From the NCBI GenBank assembly GCA_964016885.1, contig OZ024740.1, forward strand, positions 225,928,001-225,992,000: a stretch of 64,000 nucleotides of DNA, read 5' to 3'. Below are positions 38,453 through 52,099 of this stretch, in pieces. Position 1 is the first letter of the stretch. The number at the start of each line of letters is the position of its first letter. The notes under the pieces were generated by a model, which saw only the letters and a list, made by a program, of their open reading frames with translations, was not told the DNA's origin and did not search any database. A program made the translations under genes and the position numbers. Source of the DNA: Eledone cirrhosa. Taxonomy: Eukaryota.

Positions 38453-39344
38453 AGACTGAACTCAGAACATCATGGTTGTCAAACAAACTTCCTAACCATA
38501 GACCTATGCCAGCTACTCTTAATGAGCACAATAATGGATTGTAGAGAGAATGTTAAATGTCACAATTTAAACACTAAATTGGACAACAATGATTGTCCAG
38601 AATGTGAAAGAATAACCACATGTATGCCACATGTGTCTAAAACACATTTAGCTTTATTTTATAACTACGTTATTACAGTTATGACCACAAATACAGGAAG
38701 GCTAAATATATTTTAATTATTTTAATAACTCTTTCCTCTTGTTGATGTCATACAGCCTCTCTTATGATGCTACTATGATAAAATACATTTGGTAAATGAT
38801 CATAAAATGATGGTGATGGTGGTAGTAGTGATAATGAAATGTTAGAAACATAAAATATCTTTTTCTGAACTGATTAATTTTACAATGACTGTGGTTGGTA
38901 CATATGTTAATGATAAAAATGATGTCAATATGCAGATACATGTTAACTATTTTAATGACTAAAATTGTTTAATCATGAAGTGAATAATAAGAATGGTAAT
39001 GTGAGGTGATGAAGATGAAGATAATATTGATTGTTGACATATCCAACTTCAGAGATCACAACTCTGATACTACATATTCAAATTATATTTTGAAATGTTA
39101 CACAAATTGATATCAAAATTAGAATTAAATACTATACAGCAGCACACAGCAACAATCGTTTTAAGGCCATTTTCCCTACTGATGCTGGGGATAGCCATGT
39201 GGACCCCTTATAAGCTTCATAGTTATCATAGGGTATTTTTTTGAGGTAATGTTTTACAGCAGGATATACTACCTGGCCCATCTTTATAAATACCTTTTAT
39301 AACTTGAGGTGTACATATTCCAAACTGAAACAAAAATTGATATA

Positions 39345-39750
39345 ATATCATCATCATCATCAATAACGTTTTTACATCCTTTTTTTCCACACTTGCATGG
39401 ATTTGACAGGTCCTTTTCAGCATATTTCCCCTCACCACGTTCCTTCATCAACTCCTCTGTTAGTCTCAGCAATTTGAGATCAGCTTTTACCACCTCTGCC
39501 CAGGTCTTCTTTGGTCTACCTCTACTGTGGCTTCCCTTCATTGAGATCTCCTGGCACTTCTTCACCCAGCAACTATCATCAATACACTTCATGTGTCGAT
39601 ATGAATGCAGTCTTCTCTCTTACCACCAATTTAGATTCCTCTTAAACCCAGATTCTTCCTTAGGTCATCCTAGTTCTGCATTTCATTCACATTTATATTG
39701 CCCATCCAAAGAAGTATAGCTGCTTCATTTCTCTCCAGCCTACACAAGCC
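39345..39750 (-). mobile_element. RTE-clade LINE 3' end
   Basis: DSCWVKKCQEISMKGSHSRGRPKKTWAEVVKADLK, followed by the RTE tail and (GAT)n. Confidence 0.85.
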
Positions 39751-40010
39751 CTATAGAAAAGTAAAGAAATAAATAAAAAGATTAATATTACAATATAATC
39801 ATTGTTCATTAAATGCATTATTGTAGATGTTCTGTCAAATCTTCAAATAAGATGTTTGTTCTTTTTTTAAATTTCAAATACAAACAAATATAAACATTTA
39901 TAAGTATATATTAAAAGAAACAAAAAAACATTTGACTTTCATAATGTATCAGCTAAAACTAACATAAAATGAATATATGAATATATACTGTTGAAGTGTT
40001 GAGACGAAAT

Positions 40011-40196
40011 TACGAGGGTTGGCTGAAAAGTTCATAGGCTGACTATGAAGGATTGATGCTTGAGCTTTGAAATCTTGCATGCTTTGGTTTTAAATTTTGA
40101 TGTTAATAATTAGTGTTTCCTTCTAAGGGTTATGTTGAAAAATAAACCTCATTTATTCATTCCATGAGAGTATCTTGGTCAGCATATGAACTTTTA
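40011..40196 (-). mobile_element. Mariner-derived MITE
   Basis: TACGAGGGTTGGCTGAAAAGTTCATAGGCTGAC...GTCAGCATATGAACTTTT. Confidence 0.78.
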
Positions 40197-40355
40197 TATT
40201 AGTTTGAATTTTCGAACTGCATTCTTGGAGTCCTAACTTTTAAAAATTTGTGACTGATTTGAAAATAGAAAAACATTCCAACAAGTAACCTGGTCATACT
40301 ATAAGATTAGAAAACTAAACACTATAATCTGTATATCTCATCATTTTGAGGGTAA

Positions 40356-40638
40356 AGACCCTCTTCAGTCATTAATGACCATGGGATTTAAACTTAGAAA
40401 GTTCTTCTCCACAGTACAAGTCCAGGCAAGTTTGTCTGTCACCTCTCCACACCACTGGTGTTGTCCAAGGGAAAGGAAATGGCCAATACAGCTTGACACC
40501 AGTGATGACACAACTCATTTCTACAGATGAGTGAACTGGAGCAACACGAAATAAAGTGTCTTGCTCAAGAAACCAATGCACCACCCTGTGCGAGAATCAA
40601 ACTCACAACCTCACGATTGCAAGCCCAGTACCCTAACC
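40356..40638 (-). mobile_element. Second tRNA-derived SINE family (CORE-like)
   Basis: Minus strand TGGCTTAGCGGTTAGGG (A box), GAGTTTGATTCTC (B box), CTTGAGCAAGACACTT...CTCCAGTTCACTCATCTGTAGAAATG. Confidence 0.75.
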
Positions 40639-42434
40639 GCTAAGCCATATGCCTTCACTTGTCAATGTTAATAGAAATATTAATATGCCCTACAACTACA
40701 GTAATTAATCTACACAGCAAAGTGAATAAATTGATGCATGCAGAAGTAAATGTCTTGCTTAGATGTATCACATGCATCAAATCTGAACACATGACCCTTG
40801 AGCCAATGATCCAGGATCACATCAACCAACCAATCATGACATTGTAGAATATGAATTGGTAGTGGGCCCTGCACTTGACAAGATCAGGTCTTATTTGATG
40901 AGTTGGGTCTCAGCATATTTATAATCAATGAGTAAGCTAAATATACTAAGCTTTCATCATATCCTAGTGTTGACTTGGGTTTTTACTCCAGAATGAAAAT
41001 AATAAGTCATATGAATACATTGTGTTGTTCAATGTTCAGTCAAAACACCATATCCTTTTAATACTAACACCTATAAATGTTTATACATGCTCAGACATTT
41101 ATGTTTAATCAAGATGTTCACTTTGCAGTCATATGGTTTCAGGTTCAATCTCACTATGTGTCTCCTTGAATGACTCATTGTATGATTACTATTACATTGG
41201 GCTGAACAATGACTTGTGGGTTAAACTTGGTAGATGGAAACTATGCAGCAGCCTGCATACACACATACATGCACACATGCATGCACGCATCCACACATGC
41301 ACACACGCATGCATGAACTCATTGCAGAAGGCCTGTGGAGGCTAGAAAAAAATCTCTCCAGAATGTTCCGATTGATGTGTAATGCTAGTGTGCATGATTA
41401 ACATAATAAAAACAGAGGGGAAAAGGTAGCATAAGAGGAATTGGATATAGTGTGTAAGAGAGAAGACTGCATTAGTATGAACATGTGAGGCACATGGAAG
41501 ATAACAGCTGCATAAAGAAATGCAGAGAAATCCCAGTAGCTGGGACTCATGGAAGAGGCAGAGCCAGGAAGATATAGGATGAGGTTGTGAAGACTGATCT
41601 TGAAAAAATAAACCACAGAACAGAAATGACTCAATGGCCATGAGGGCTGCTGCTATGTGGTGCTGAAGAAGACCCAACCTGCAGCATGCAGTGTAGCCTG
41701 ACCTACCCCAATGTCCCTCCTTCCACTAGCACTGACTAACAGCTATTCTCAACACCACATCACTGTACCACCCTCACTACATACACACACCCATGCCCCC
41801 TACACCTATTCCTAGGTACTGCACCCTTTGAAGAGTTTGGTGATGGAAAGGGCATCTAGCCATGGAGGGTTTGCCAAAAAAAGCATTGGGAGTACCCTTC
41901 AGGTATATCATGACAGCCTCCCTAGTGTTTGGTAAACTACACGATAAATGCACCCAGTAGACACTGTAGAGTCGTTGGTGATAGGAAGAGGATCCGGCCA
42001 TAGAAAGTTTGCCAAACAAAGGGTTGGGAGGTCCCTTGAGTTGTGTCAAAAACATGACAACTTCTCTTTTGCCCTGAATAGAATGTGGGACCATGCATAA
42101 GAGAGATGCAGATCCCTGCCCTGTCTGGGATATCAGTAGCTCCACTTCAGTACTGATCTGGTCTATGTAGACCCATCCAACCCTTGCTAGCAGGGAAAGC
42201 AGACATGAAAACTATGATGATATGCAAAAAGTAAACAGAAACAACAAAGCAAACAACACAGTAAAATAAAGAAATATATTAATTTAATGTTTGATATAGT
42301 AGGAAAGGAGCCCTTCATCAGAAGATAGAATGAGAAATAAAAGATGGAATAGGAAGATAGAGAGTGCAAAGAAGAAGGATGGCAATTGATTTTTTTTTTA
42401 GAAAATGTATGGGTGTATTCAGTCAACTATTTTC

Positions 42435-42583
42435 TGTGTGTGTGTGTGTGTTTGTGTGATTGTGTGTATGTGTGTTTGTGTGATTGTGTGTATGTGTGTT
42501 TGTGTGATTGTGTGTATGTGTGTTTGTGTGATTGTGTGTATGTGTGTGTGTGTGATTGTGTGTATGTGTGTTTGTGTGATTGT
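42435..42583. repeat. 24-bp TG-rich minisatellite (TGTGTGATTGTGTGTATGTGTGTT)n
   Basis: About six consecutive units. Confidence 0.9.
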
Positions 42584-42755
42584 CCTAATGAGTTTATTTA
42601 CTTTGTCATTGTTAAACAAGCAATGCTGTTTCTCTATACCTAATAATACAGTAGTTTATAAATAGAGATTGATTAACGAAATAAGTAGCACACTTAGAAA
42701 TAAGTAGTAGAAGCTATCATTGAAGTTCACAAATACCAGGGTCAGCAGAAAAGTT

Positions 42756-43027
42756 TAGAGGCGGAAAAGTTCGTAGTCTGATCAAGATACTCTCATGGAA
42801 TGACCATATCAGGTTTATTTTTCAACATAGTCTCTACTCTCTTATTTATATAAAGATATGAGGGTCAGCTGTAAATTTCATAGGCAGACCAAGATGCTTC
42901 ATGGGATTTATTTTTCAACATAGTCCCTGGAAAGAAATAATGCCTATATAAATAAGAAGTGTTGAAATTAATGCATGCAGATTTCATAGCACTAACATCA
43001 CTCCTTCATAGTCAGCTTACCCTCATA
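42756..43027 (+). mobile_element. Mariner-derived MITE (42857-43027) preceded by a partial copy (42756-42832)
   Basis: Two successive CAAGAT.CT..CATGG...TTTATTTTTCAACATAGTC segments; ends CCCTCATA. Confidence 0.75.
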
Positions 43028-45087
43028 ACAACAAAAGGAAATACTTCAAATAAGAGGTGACAAACAAATATTACATGATTATTAATAAAAGGGTTATTAT
43101 TTGTCATTTTTGGAAACCTTTGATATTTCTTATAAGAGTTTCTTATGATATATATTAAAGATTCCTTAAAAATCTACAATAACAATACTTTTATTATTAC
43201 TGTTATAACTAACAAGTATGTATTGTTTATCATCAAATATGAGATATTATTTTTTGTACAAGTTACAAACTTTTATCGTTATGTTTTTCATGATATATGA
43301 CAAAGTTATGAATATTTCTTTATATGGTATAATAAATATTTACAATATTAATACAAATAGCTTTGAAAAAAATGTGTCTTAGAAATATCCAAATATATGT
43401 TTGTGATTTATCTCTCCTTTCAAATATATATATTAATTGATGATCTCCATCATTTCAGCTTTGTGGCTACCGCATTAACTGCGGGGACTAAATTCTCTGT
43501 CATGCTTGTGTAAGTCTACTAGATTAACAAGATCTGTCTTCTGTTCAATTTGATATAAATCCTTCAGTATTATGACATGGTAAAGGAGGAAAAGGAAGAA
43601 GAAGAAACCTAACTATTGTACCTGTACTGACCACTCAAACCAAGGCTGGGCATTGTCCAATAAGAACTGATGTCCAAATGTCGACAGGAAACACTTAATC
43701 ATCAGCTTTTATAAATCTCTGTGTTTGGACATCTGCCAGACAGCTGGTCAAAGGATGTTTGACTTTTCCTCTGACTTCTCTGCTATGCAGATAATTAGAA
43801 GAATCAGAGCATACAATCAAGCAGTGACTATTTATCACAAAATATTCTCACCTCTGCTTTCTCTATGGATTCATTTCATATGGATAAATCTAATTCAATA
43901 ATGAATACTTGATCTCAGTAATAAAGCCAAGAAATTTACTATTCTATTATGAAATGGTATTTGAAAATCTATATAGAATATTAACACATATTTACCAGCA
44001 ATTAAAGATTGTGGTGAAGAATTCTACCAAGAAAACAAGAGATTATATATATATATGAAGAATCATTATGATACCAAGTAGCTAGTAATATTTATTTCAC
44101 TCTGTTAAGTGGTTACTCTTAGAAAAGACATCCATCTGTAGAAAGTAGACTAAATTCTGAACACAGGAGACTGATATGGCCTTCTGGCCTATCTAGGAAT
44201 GCAGTAACTCCAAATAAGATCTGACTCAGGCTGTAACAATCTATCTCAGGCCAACATGGAAAGCAAATGTAATGATAATGACTATGATAAGGGAGGAGGA
44301 GGATGCACACACACTCAAGCAGGGAAAAGCAGACGTAAAATGATGATATATATATATATATTGCATAAACAAAGTTTCATACACTTAACATGCTAAGTGT
44401 ATGAAACTTTATACTAAGGAAGCTTTCTTGCAACATATTGGGGACTGTTTTCCTTGATCTTGAATCTACAGACACACACCCACACTCAGTTGTGCGTGTG
44501 GAAATGACTTCTACGGGACTAGAACTGTTTCATTCATATGAATAGGAATATCAGATAAAGTGAGCATCAATCAAAACTCTGAACTTCTCTAAAATAAACA
44601 TATATCTATTTTGCGTTACTTCTATTTTACATTAGAATTACACGAAGTTTAAATCATTTTTCTCAAAGGGTAGGGATGAGAATTTTTATACAGTGCAAGA
44701 TATATATGTATTTTAGCGAAGACTTGAATATATTGACGAAGAGTTTCATGGTCTTGATTGGAGATCAATACTAATTACCATAATCAATGGCAAACATTCA
44801 ATATTCTCTGATTCTCATAAGCAGATCTATCTATGATTGGATAGTCATACTTGGAAGTATGGCCATTTAAATATAACAATCTTTTTGCGAGTAATGTTTA
44901 TATTCAACACCTAGATTTGTATTTAAATCTACATATCATTTGTTGTATATGTATAAATGTATTAAATACTAGTGGGTTTCTCAATTGATATATCATTCTG
45001 TTTATTGAACATTTTACTGAGAAAAATTAGCGATACATATTTCATATGTATTGATTAAAACTAAATTCAACATATATATATTTTTTG

Positions 45088-45125
<38 letters not shown>

Positions 45126-45240
45126 CAAATAACGATGTGTCTACAATGGGATTTTACATAACATTACCTATTGAGTACGCTGAGATGAAACCGCTACTAG
45201 CAGTGAAACCCATGCTAGTACCGTCAACTTATATTATATT

Positions 45241-45305
<65 letters not shown>

Positions 45306-45372
45306 CATATATATATATATAATATTAAATAAATAAATAAGTCAAATGTTTAAACATTTTTCTTCGTTTATT

Positions 45373-45427
45373 ACTGCTATATATATTTCGGTGACAGCCA
45401 TCTTTGGCTGTGACCTCTTCAGGCAGT
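45373..45427 (-). ncRNA. Minimal type I hammerhead ribozyme, family A
   Basis: Same as 19161-19215. Confidence 0.9.
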
Positions 45428-45804
45428 CCGAATTAGTGTGGTAGAGACGAGTACACATGTTGTTGAGGTGTATAACTTTGTCAATACTCTGATATGCCCA
45501 GTTCCTGGTTGGGTTGTTATTTCACTGAGGAACTGGAATCATATGAATTTAAACAAACGAATTCCAGCGTCAAAGGACATCTCTCATTGGTCAGTTGTGA
45601 GAACATTCCTCAGTCAAAAGTCTATAGAAATTCGTTCTGAGGCGAGGCAATCTGTAGTGGTTGTTCTTGTTATTGTTAAGTACATTTGACCTCTACTCTT
45701 ATGTTGGTAATGGTGTTGGTGTTGGAGGAACTGGGCATATCAGAGTATTGACAAAGTTAAACACCTCAACAATATGTGTACTCGTCTCTACCACACTAAT
45801 TCGG

Positions 45805-45859
45805 ACTGCCTGAAGAGGTGACAGCCAAAGATGGCTGTCACCGAAATATATATAGCAGT
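45805..45859 (+). ncRNA. Minimal type I hammerhead ribozyme, family A (perfect 11-bp stem II)
   Basis: ACTGC CTGAAGA GGTGACAGCCA AAGA TGGCTGTCACC GAAA TATATA TA GCAGT. Confidence 0.92.
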
Positions 45860-46001
45860 AATAAACGAAGCCAAATGTTAAACATTTGACTTATTTATTT
45901 ATTTTATTTTACATTACTCCGGAGTAACCAAACCAACCTGCGCACTGCGTCGAGTGCTCCAACCTGCATATTGAGGTGTTGGTAACCAACAGATACTCAA
46001 A

Positions 46002-46039
<38 letters not shown>

Positions 46040-46159
46040 ATGAAACGACAAAACAAAGGTACAAAAAGTATTATTAGTTTCCCACTTTATATGGAAAAGA
46101 GGAAAGAAAGTTCGGCATGTCGAGTTTTAGGAGAGGTAGTCCACAGTAAAAAAACGAAA

Positions 46160-46562
46160 ATAATTGTTTCTACATAATGCACGAAGCCACCAATTTGGGA
46201 GTGGGTAAAGTCGATTAAATTGACCCATTGCATTACTGGTGCTTTATTTTATCAACCCCGTAAGGATGAAAAGCAAAGTTAACCTCAGCGGGATTTGAAC
46301 TCAGACCGTAAAGGACCGTAACTAACTCTATGCTGCAAAGCATGGTGTCTGACCCTCTACCGATACTGCCAAAAATAATTGTTTATACTTTTGGCACAAG
46401 GCCAGCAATTATTCAGTGCATTACTGGTACTTTATTTTATCGACCCCGTAAGGATGAAAGGCAAAGTTAACCTCGAAAGGATTCGTACTCAGACCGCAAA
46501 GGGACGTAACTCTGTGCTGCAAAGCATGGCGTCTGACCCTCTACCAATGCTGCCAATCCACC
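46160..46562 (-). mobile_element. Two tandem tRNA-derived SINEs
   Basis: Two successive ATAATTGTTT...ACTGGT.CTTTATTTTATC.ACCCCGTAAGGATGAAA...CTCAGACCG...CTGCCAA units. Confidence 0.88.
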
Positions 46563-47029
46563 AAACAAGACAAACGGTTAGGTAGTCTTGGTAACGATTT
46601 TGCACCGCGAAGTGAAATGTATGTATAATAGTGTTGATATAATGTGAATGGTTAAACGTGTGTGATTATTTAAATGTTTATTACGTAAAATATCAATGTT
46701 TGTGTGTGTTATGCGTATATCCGTGTGGTTGTGGACTTTCATGTGTGAGTGATTGTAAGTTAGAATGTGTGTCCTGTATATGTGCGTTAAAATTTATTTA
46801 GTGTGTGTGTGTAATGTATCTGGCAATGTTTGCATATGTCCATGAGACTTTTATGTGTGAGTGTATGATTAAATTTTTACGTGCGTTAAAGGTTATATTG
46901 TGTACCTGTAAAGTATCTAACTGTGATTTGTATGTAAGAGTGTATGTATTAACGAGTTTGTGATATAGGATAGGGGAAGTTTGTTTTATGTGTGATAGAG
47001 AGTATATGGAAGAGCAGACTTTAGGAAGA

Positions 47030-47850
47030 TGGGTTGGGTATTAAAGCTAGAGGGATGAAAGGTTTGTAAAAATAATATAAGTTGCTGTTCTCTACGAAAG
47101 CATGAGTCAGAGAGTTCGGCATAATATGTGAGCCCGAAGATAATGAGGTGGTGTGTGGAGTTGCCAACGGATCAAAAATGCCGGGAGATCGGAGTCGTGT
47201 TGCCGAAGGTGTTCAGCAAATCTGTCGGCCCGACGCCGACTAGTTTGGCCAATGTAGATGGCTCCGTCCATAGCTAAGGCAGGTAGACGTTTCATTGTAA
47301 CGGAAACGTGTGTTTGTGTTGGGGAAAAAGCTGCATGCATAACAACGGGGTCGGAAACAGGGGTGGGATCCAGGAGATGAGGTACGGGGTGGAGGGCTGC
47401 TGCAGACGAGGAGGTTTCAAAGATTATGAGCGCGCATGAATGAAGGGAGGAGTGGAAATTGAAAAGTGGATGATGGTTGAAGGGGAGGGGGAAGGGTAGT
47501 CGGTTAGAAGGTGGGTGGTGGAGTAGAGTAAGGGCAGTGGTGCAATCGACGCCACAAGCACGGGTGAGGACGGCTTATATCAATGTAGGGGTTATCCGCG
47601 TCTAGTTAAAAATCTGGCCATTTAATGAGATTGAGTCTCAAAATCATGGGTTCGACTCCACAGGCGGTGTAAGCGGAGGAATTGGAATAGGGGACGGAGT
47701 GTTTAATGTGGGTTGGGTATGAGGAGAAGAAATCGAGGTAGGCGTGGGAGTCCGAAGTCTTGAAGTAGGCGGTGATGAGGGGGAAGATTAAAGGAGTCAA
47801 TGATTGCAAAGATGTCTAGGAAGTTGACAGAAGAAGTAAAGATAGTGGTG
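47030..47850 (-). mobile_element. Degenerate Neptune-type PLE fragment (RT thumb plus GIY-YIG)
   Basis: VNFLD-like segment, AYFKTSDSHAYLDFFSSYPTHIKHSVPYS, IYIGQTSRRRADRFAEHLR. Confidence 0.8.
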
Positions 47851-48639
47851 CTACATATATATATACTGGAATGTATCTTCAATAACTTTTCATTCTTTAT
47901 CTAAATCTTTAATGTCGAACCAGTTTTGGTAACCCCAGCTAAATTAGATCATTGAATTTGTGTGTCCAATATTTCAGTGATTTAATTTATATGGGAGACT
48001 GTTTGGAATATCTATAGTGGAATAAATTGGAAACTATACATATTCCAGACAGTTTCCCATATAAATTCAAGCGAAATTTCTCCATTACATCAGAATCTAA
48101 AGGAAAGTATAATTGCACCAACTCAAAATTAAAACAATACTCTGAACTTCGTTGACTAAGTTTACTATCGAGTTCATTAGTACACCATAACTCTGGTCAA
48201 CTTCAACTTTGTGGCATTTTGCTTTTCAAATAAAGAATGTTTTATCTTTTAACCCTTTTGTTACTCTATAGCTAATGAAAATCAATGCCTATGATTTTCA
48301 AATAATTTTAAAGGTAATCAAGAACTTCGAGATATTTCGAAATATAAGTAAGTGTTTCATTAAGTTTAGTGTTTGAAACATATAACTACGATGGAAGGTT
48401 TTTAGGTGAATATAAACACTTTATTATAAAATATTTTGTATCATAGAATCAGGATCGGTTTGGTATCAAATAGATTTAGAATCAAGATGTCTTCACAGAG
48501 ATTCTGGCGGTGTCTGCTTCCATGGTCCGTAACATATGGGTTTCTAGTGCATTCTTAACCCTGGTGGAGCCTATCTCCTCTCCAGGGCTGAATACAGACT
48601 ATTTCTTCCATAGAAGTATAGAGAGTGAGAGAATGCAAG

Positions 48640-48790
48640 AATCGACCCCAGTACTAGACTGGTATTTTTTTATCGACCTAGAATGGATGAAAAACAAAGT
48701 TGACCTAGGTGGGATATGAATTCAGAGAGCCGAAACGAATAACGCAAAGCATTCTCTCCAACGTTCTAACGACACTGTCAATCCGCCACC
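48640..48790 (-). mobile_element. tRNA-derived SINE (degenerate)
   Basis: GACTGGTA...TTTATCGACCTAGAATGGATGAAA..CAAAGTTGACCT. Confidence 0.7.
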
Positions 48791-49517
48791 ACATTCAGAC
48801 AATATTGTCTAATGAAAGTTATTAAATATTAGAGTCTGGGAGAAGTGGTGGTTGTACCAATAAATAACATACAGTGATGTTCAAGAATTTGGATATGTTT
48901 ATATGACATGGAGAGAGGTTTTGTATGGTGTCTTGAAACTGAGTTTGTGTTCGATAGAAAAATGGTTGCATTTATGATAGTTGGGCGGAATGTGCATCCT
49001 ATGTAAATAACCATATGTTTTTTAATTTTCTTTTTTTTTTTTCGTTTTTCAGCAAAATCTTTCAGAATTTTGAGCAGCAAGATTTACGATATTGCAAAAG
49101 GGAAACAAATAACAAAATAAAAACAACCCACCACCAGCACCACCTCCACCGAACAGATTCATTTTTTACTGCCATTTCTAATGTGTTGGGAGACCATGTA
49201 GAAGCTTCTTTGCAATTAATATTAGGATTCTGTCAGAAATATTTTTTCAAAATTTCGTTTTATTAAACAATTTTTGAACAAACCTCCTCCACCACTCATT
49301 CTTACGAACTAACATGGGTGCCTCTATGTGATTTCTGGACGGAAATTCAAGCCAAAATAAAAAACAAAATTTCTTGGAGTCGGTTGATTTTTTTTTTTTT
49401 TTTATCCAAATCGTAAATCTCTGTTCAAAACGTAGAATTGCGATAAAAAAAATGATAAATAAACAAACTTTATGACCATTCAAGAAAGATGTTTATCTCG
49501 CAATCCCACTCCTACCC

Positions 49518-49688
49518 TTGGCAGTATAGGTAGAGGGTCGGACGCCATGCTTTTACGGCCCTTGCCATTCTGAGTTCAAATCCCGCCGAGGTTGACCTTG
49601 CCTTTCATCCTTACGGGGTCGATAAAATAAAGTACCAGTAATGCACTGGGTAATTGCTGGCCTTGTGCCTAAAGTAGAAACAATTATT
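49518..49688 (+). mobile_element. tRNA-derived SINE
   Basis: Close match to the 14481 copy. Confidence 0.9.
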
Positions 49689-50941
49689 TATGTGGTGCAC
49701 CAAAAGAAAAAAAACTGTCTCATACATTGAACTGGTAGTCGCCTTAAATAGTCCTGACCATAAGCAAAAGGTAATACAATGTCACACACACAGTTTAATA
49801 CTATTAATCGGTTGTATTTCTTAGAAAGAGATTTCAATAATTTTATTAAAATAAAGTAATTAGTCAATCTAAACAATGTGAGAATATATTCAAAGCGTAT
49901 AAAATATTAACGAACAATCATTAATATTTAGTAACTATATCGAAATCTAATATCAATTCAAGCTAGTTAACACAACAAAAACGCTTTATTCACAGTTGTA
50001 TCGATAACATTACAAATTGTTTATAATTCTTACAGAATGAAAATATAAACACATAATAAATACGATTAATTATTGCTAGGAACCTCACAAATGTAACGCA
50101 TTAAAATATATGATCAAAGAGAGCAGAAAAAAACAAAACAAAAACCATCATCAATTCACCACCAAGTGAGTCAATCGGTCACACACCACAATGTCAAAAT
50201 GTTTGAGATAAACCAAAGACATTACCACGGTTGATGGTGTGGCTAAGGTACTGAAACAACCAAGTACCATCATGGGCATCACCTGACTCCTCGGTAAGGC
50301 AAGCCACCAATGATGACAAGCACTTTGCTGTCAGCAGCCCAACTCTACCGAACGTCTAGAACACCATGTGAACATACACTAACTTCTGTGTTGTTTGACA
50401 TTAGGTGGTTTCGACGACAAATGTTCTAATTGTTTGTGGCTGAGCATTCTACAGTTACATCCAGCGTTAACGTAGGTCTGATGAAGATTCAGCATTACAA
50501 GTACAGCTCATATCTTTTGCTAGATGAGTTACTGAAGAACACACTGTAACTACTAAATCACGTGTCTTCACTAAAGTATGTTAGACTTCCGTCGGTTCTG
50601 ACCAGTGCTGCAGTTGTTTAAACAATAGGACAGCCTGCTTGTAAAATTAATGTGCAAAGGGGTGATCAAACCACAAACATATTTATAATTAACACTTAAC
50701 ACAGTTCCCAAGAAAATTCAGTGACACTCAGTGTGTTACAATACTGTCTTTTTAGATTACAAGTACAATTCCTTTTACCAGTTGGGTGGACTGGAGCAAT
50801 GTGAAATAAAATGGCGAATTCTACCATGAACAATGGAGGAAATACTCGTGACTTGTTTTCACTATTTTACACCTCTCGTTTTTCTTTTGTTGATTTCGTT
50901 TTCTTTCTTTCTTTTGTAAATCATATTCATTATATAATATA

Positions 50942-51004
<63 letters not shown>

Positions 51005-52099
51005 AGTTTTAATTTCTGAGCTTTCGTAATGATATGTATTTTTTTTTAATATAAATATAAGTTTATTCACAATTGTATAAATAATATTACAAATAAAAAG
51101 AGAAAATAAAAAAGAAAAGAACAAAAATACTCAAGCAGGTAATACACACATCTATCTTGGACCACATAAAACAAATGCAAGCGAACCGCTGCCAGAACAA
51201 AAGATAATGTCCATTTATATAAGATGTAATAAATGTGTAGTGACCTACATTCCGAGGGCTCATGGATACATTCTCCGTGCGTTGTTTTGCTCAGTTCAGT
51301 AAATCGCCGCCAGCGTAGAAGAATGTATCTCGACTTCCGCCCAGAGGGAAAAATTCCCGCGGCGATTCATAAATCTATCTCTTGCTGCTTTGGACTCTGA
51401 AAGGTCAACACGCAATCATATAACGGTGAGATTTTCCCTTTGGCCTGTTGGCCTCCTTAGACCTGGCACAATGCCACATTCACTTCTTAACTCTTTGTAA
51501 TTAGTTGTGAATTAAACATGTAAAAATGTAAACAAAGACTTTACGACTAATTCAACAAACATTTACTTTGTGGCTAACTTTGTCTCTCTCTCACTATAAC
51601 AAATAACAACAATAACTAGATATCATTTCTTATTAATATTATGCCATGTAGGCATAATATTATTTTTCTGCTAAAAATGTATCCTTAATAATTCAGTAAA
51701 TAAAAAACTTTGTGTATTTGAAATATAAAGAACTGTTCATTCATTTAATCTCTCACAAATGTTGATTTTGTTGTTTTTTGTTTTGTTTTTTCTATTACAA
51801 ACAATGTTTCCAATTTCTTCATTATCGTAAATAAAACGTTGATTTAGAAAAAATCGCAATGTTTCCCTGCTCATCTACATCAATTCATTTGTTAAAATTG
51901 TGATCATATCTACCAACTAAAATCAAAATCTTTGTGTACATGGAGGTTACGAAATGAATCAACAACAGGAACTCTTAGCTGCTTTACATCTCCCCGTGCT
52001 TCCCATTTTTTCTTTAACTTTTTTATGCTTATTCTGCCTCCCGTTGGCCTTCCCTGTTTAAATTTCTTATTCTATTATATATTTTTTAATTTTTATTTT

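Larger units (their letters stand above)
45320..46003. mobile_element. Fold-back HHR dyad (family A) with a longer minus-strand arm
   Basis: Minus arm ~45726 to 45320, plus arm ~45726 to 46003 with tail; nearly identical to 19112-19625 in shared parts; (TA)n flanks. Confidence 0.9.
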
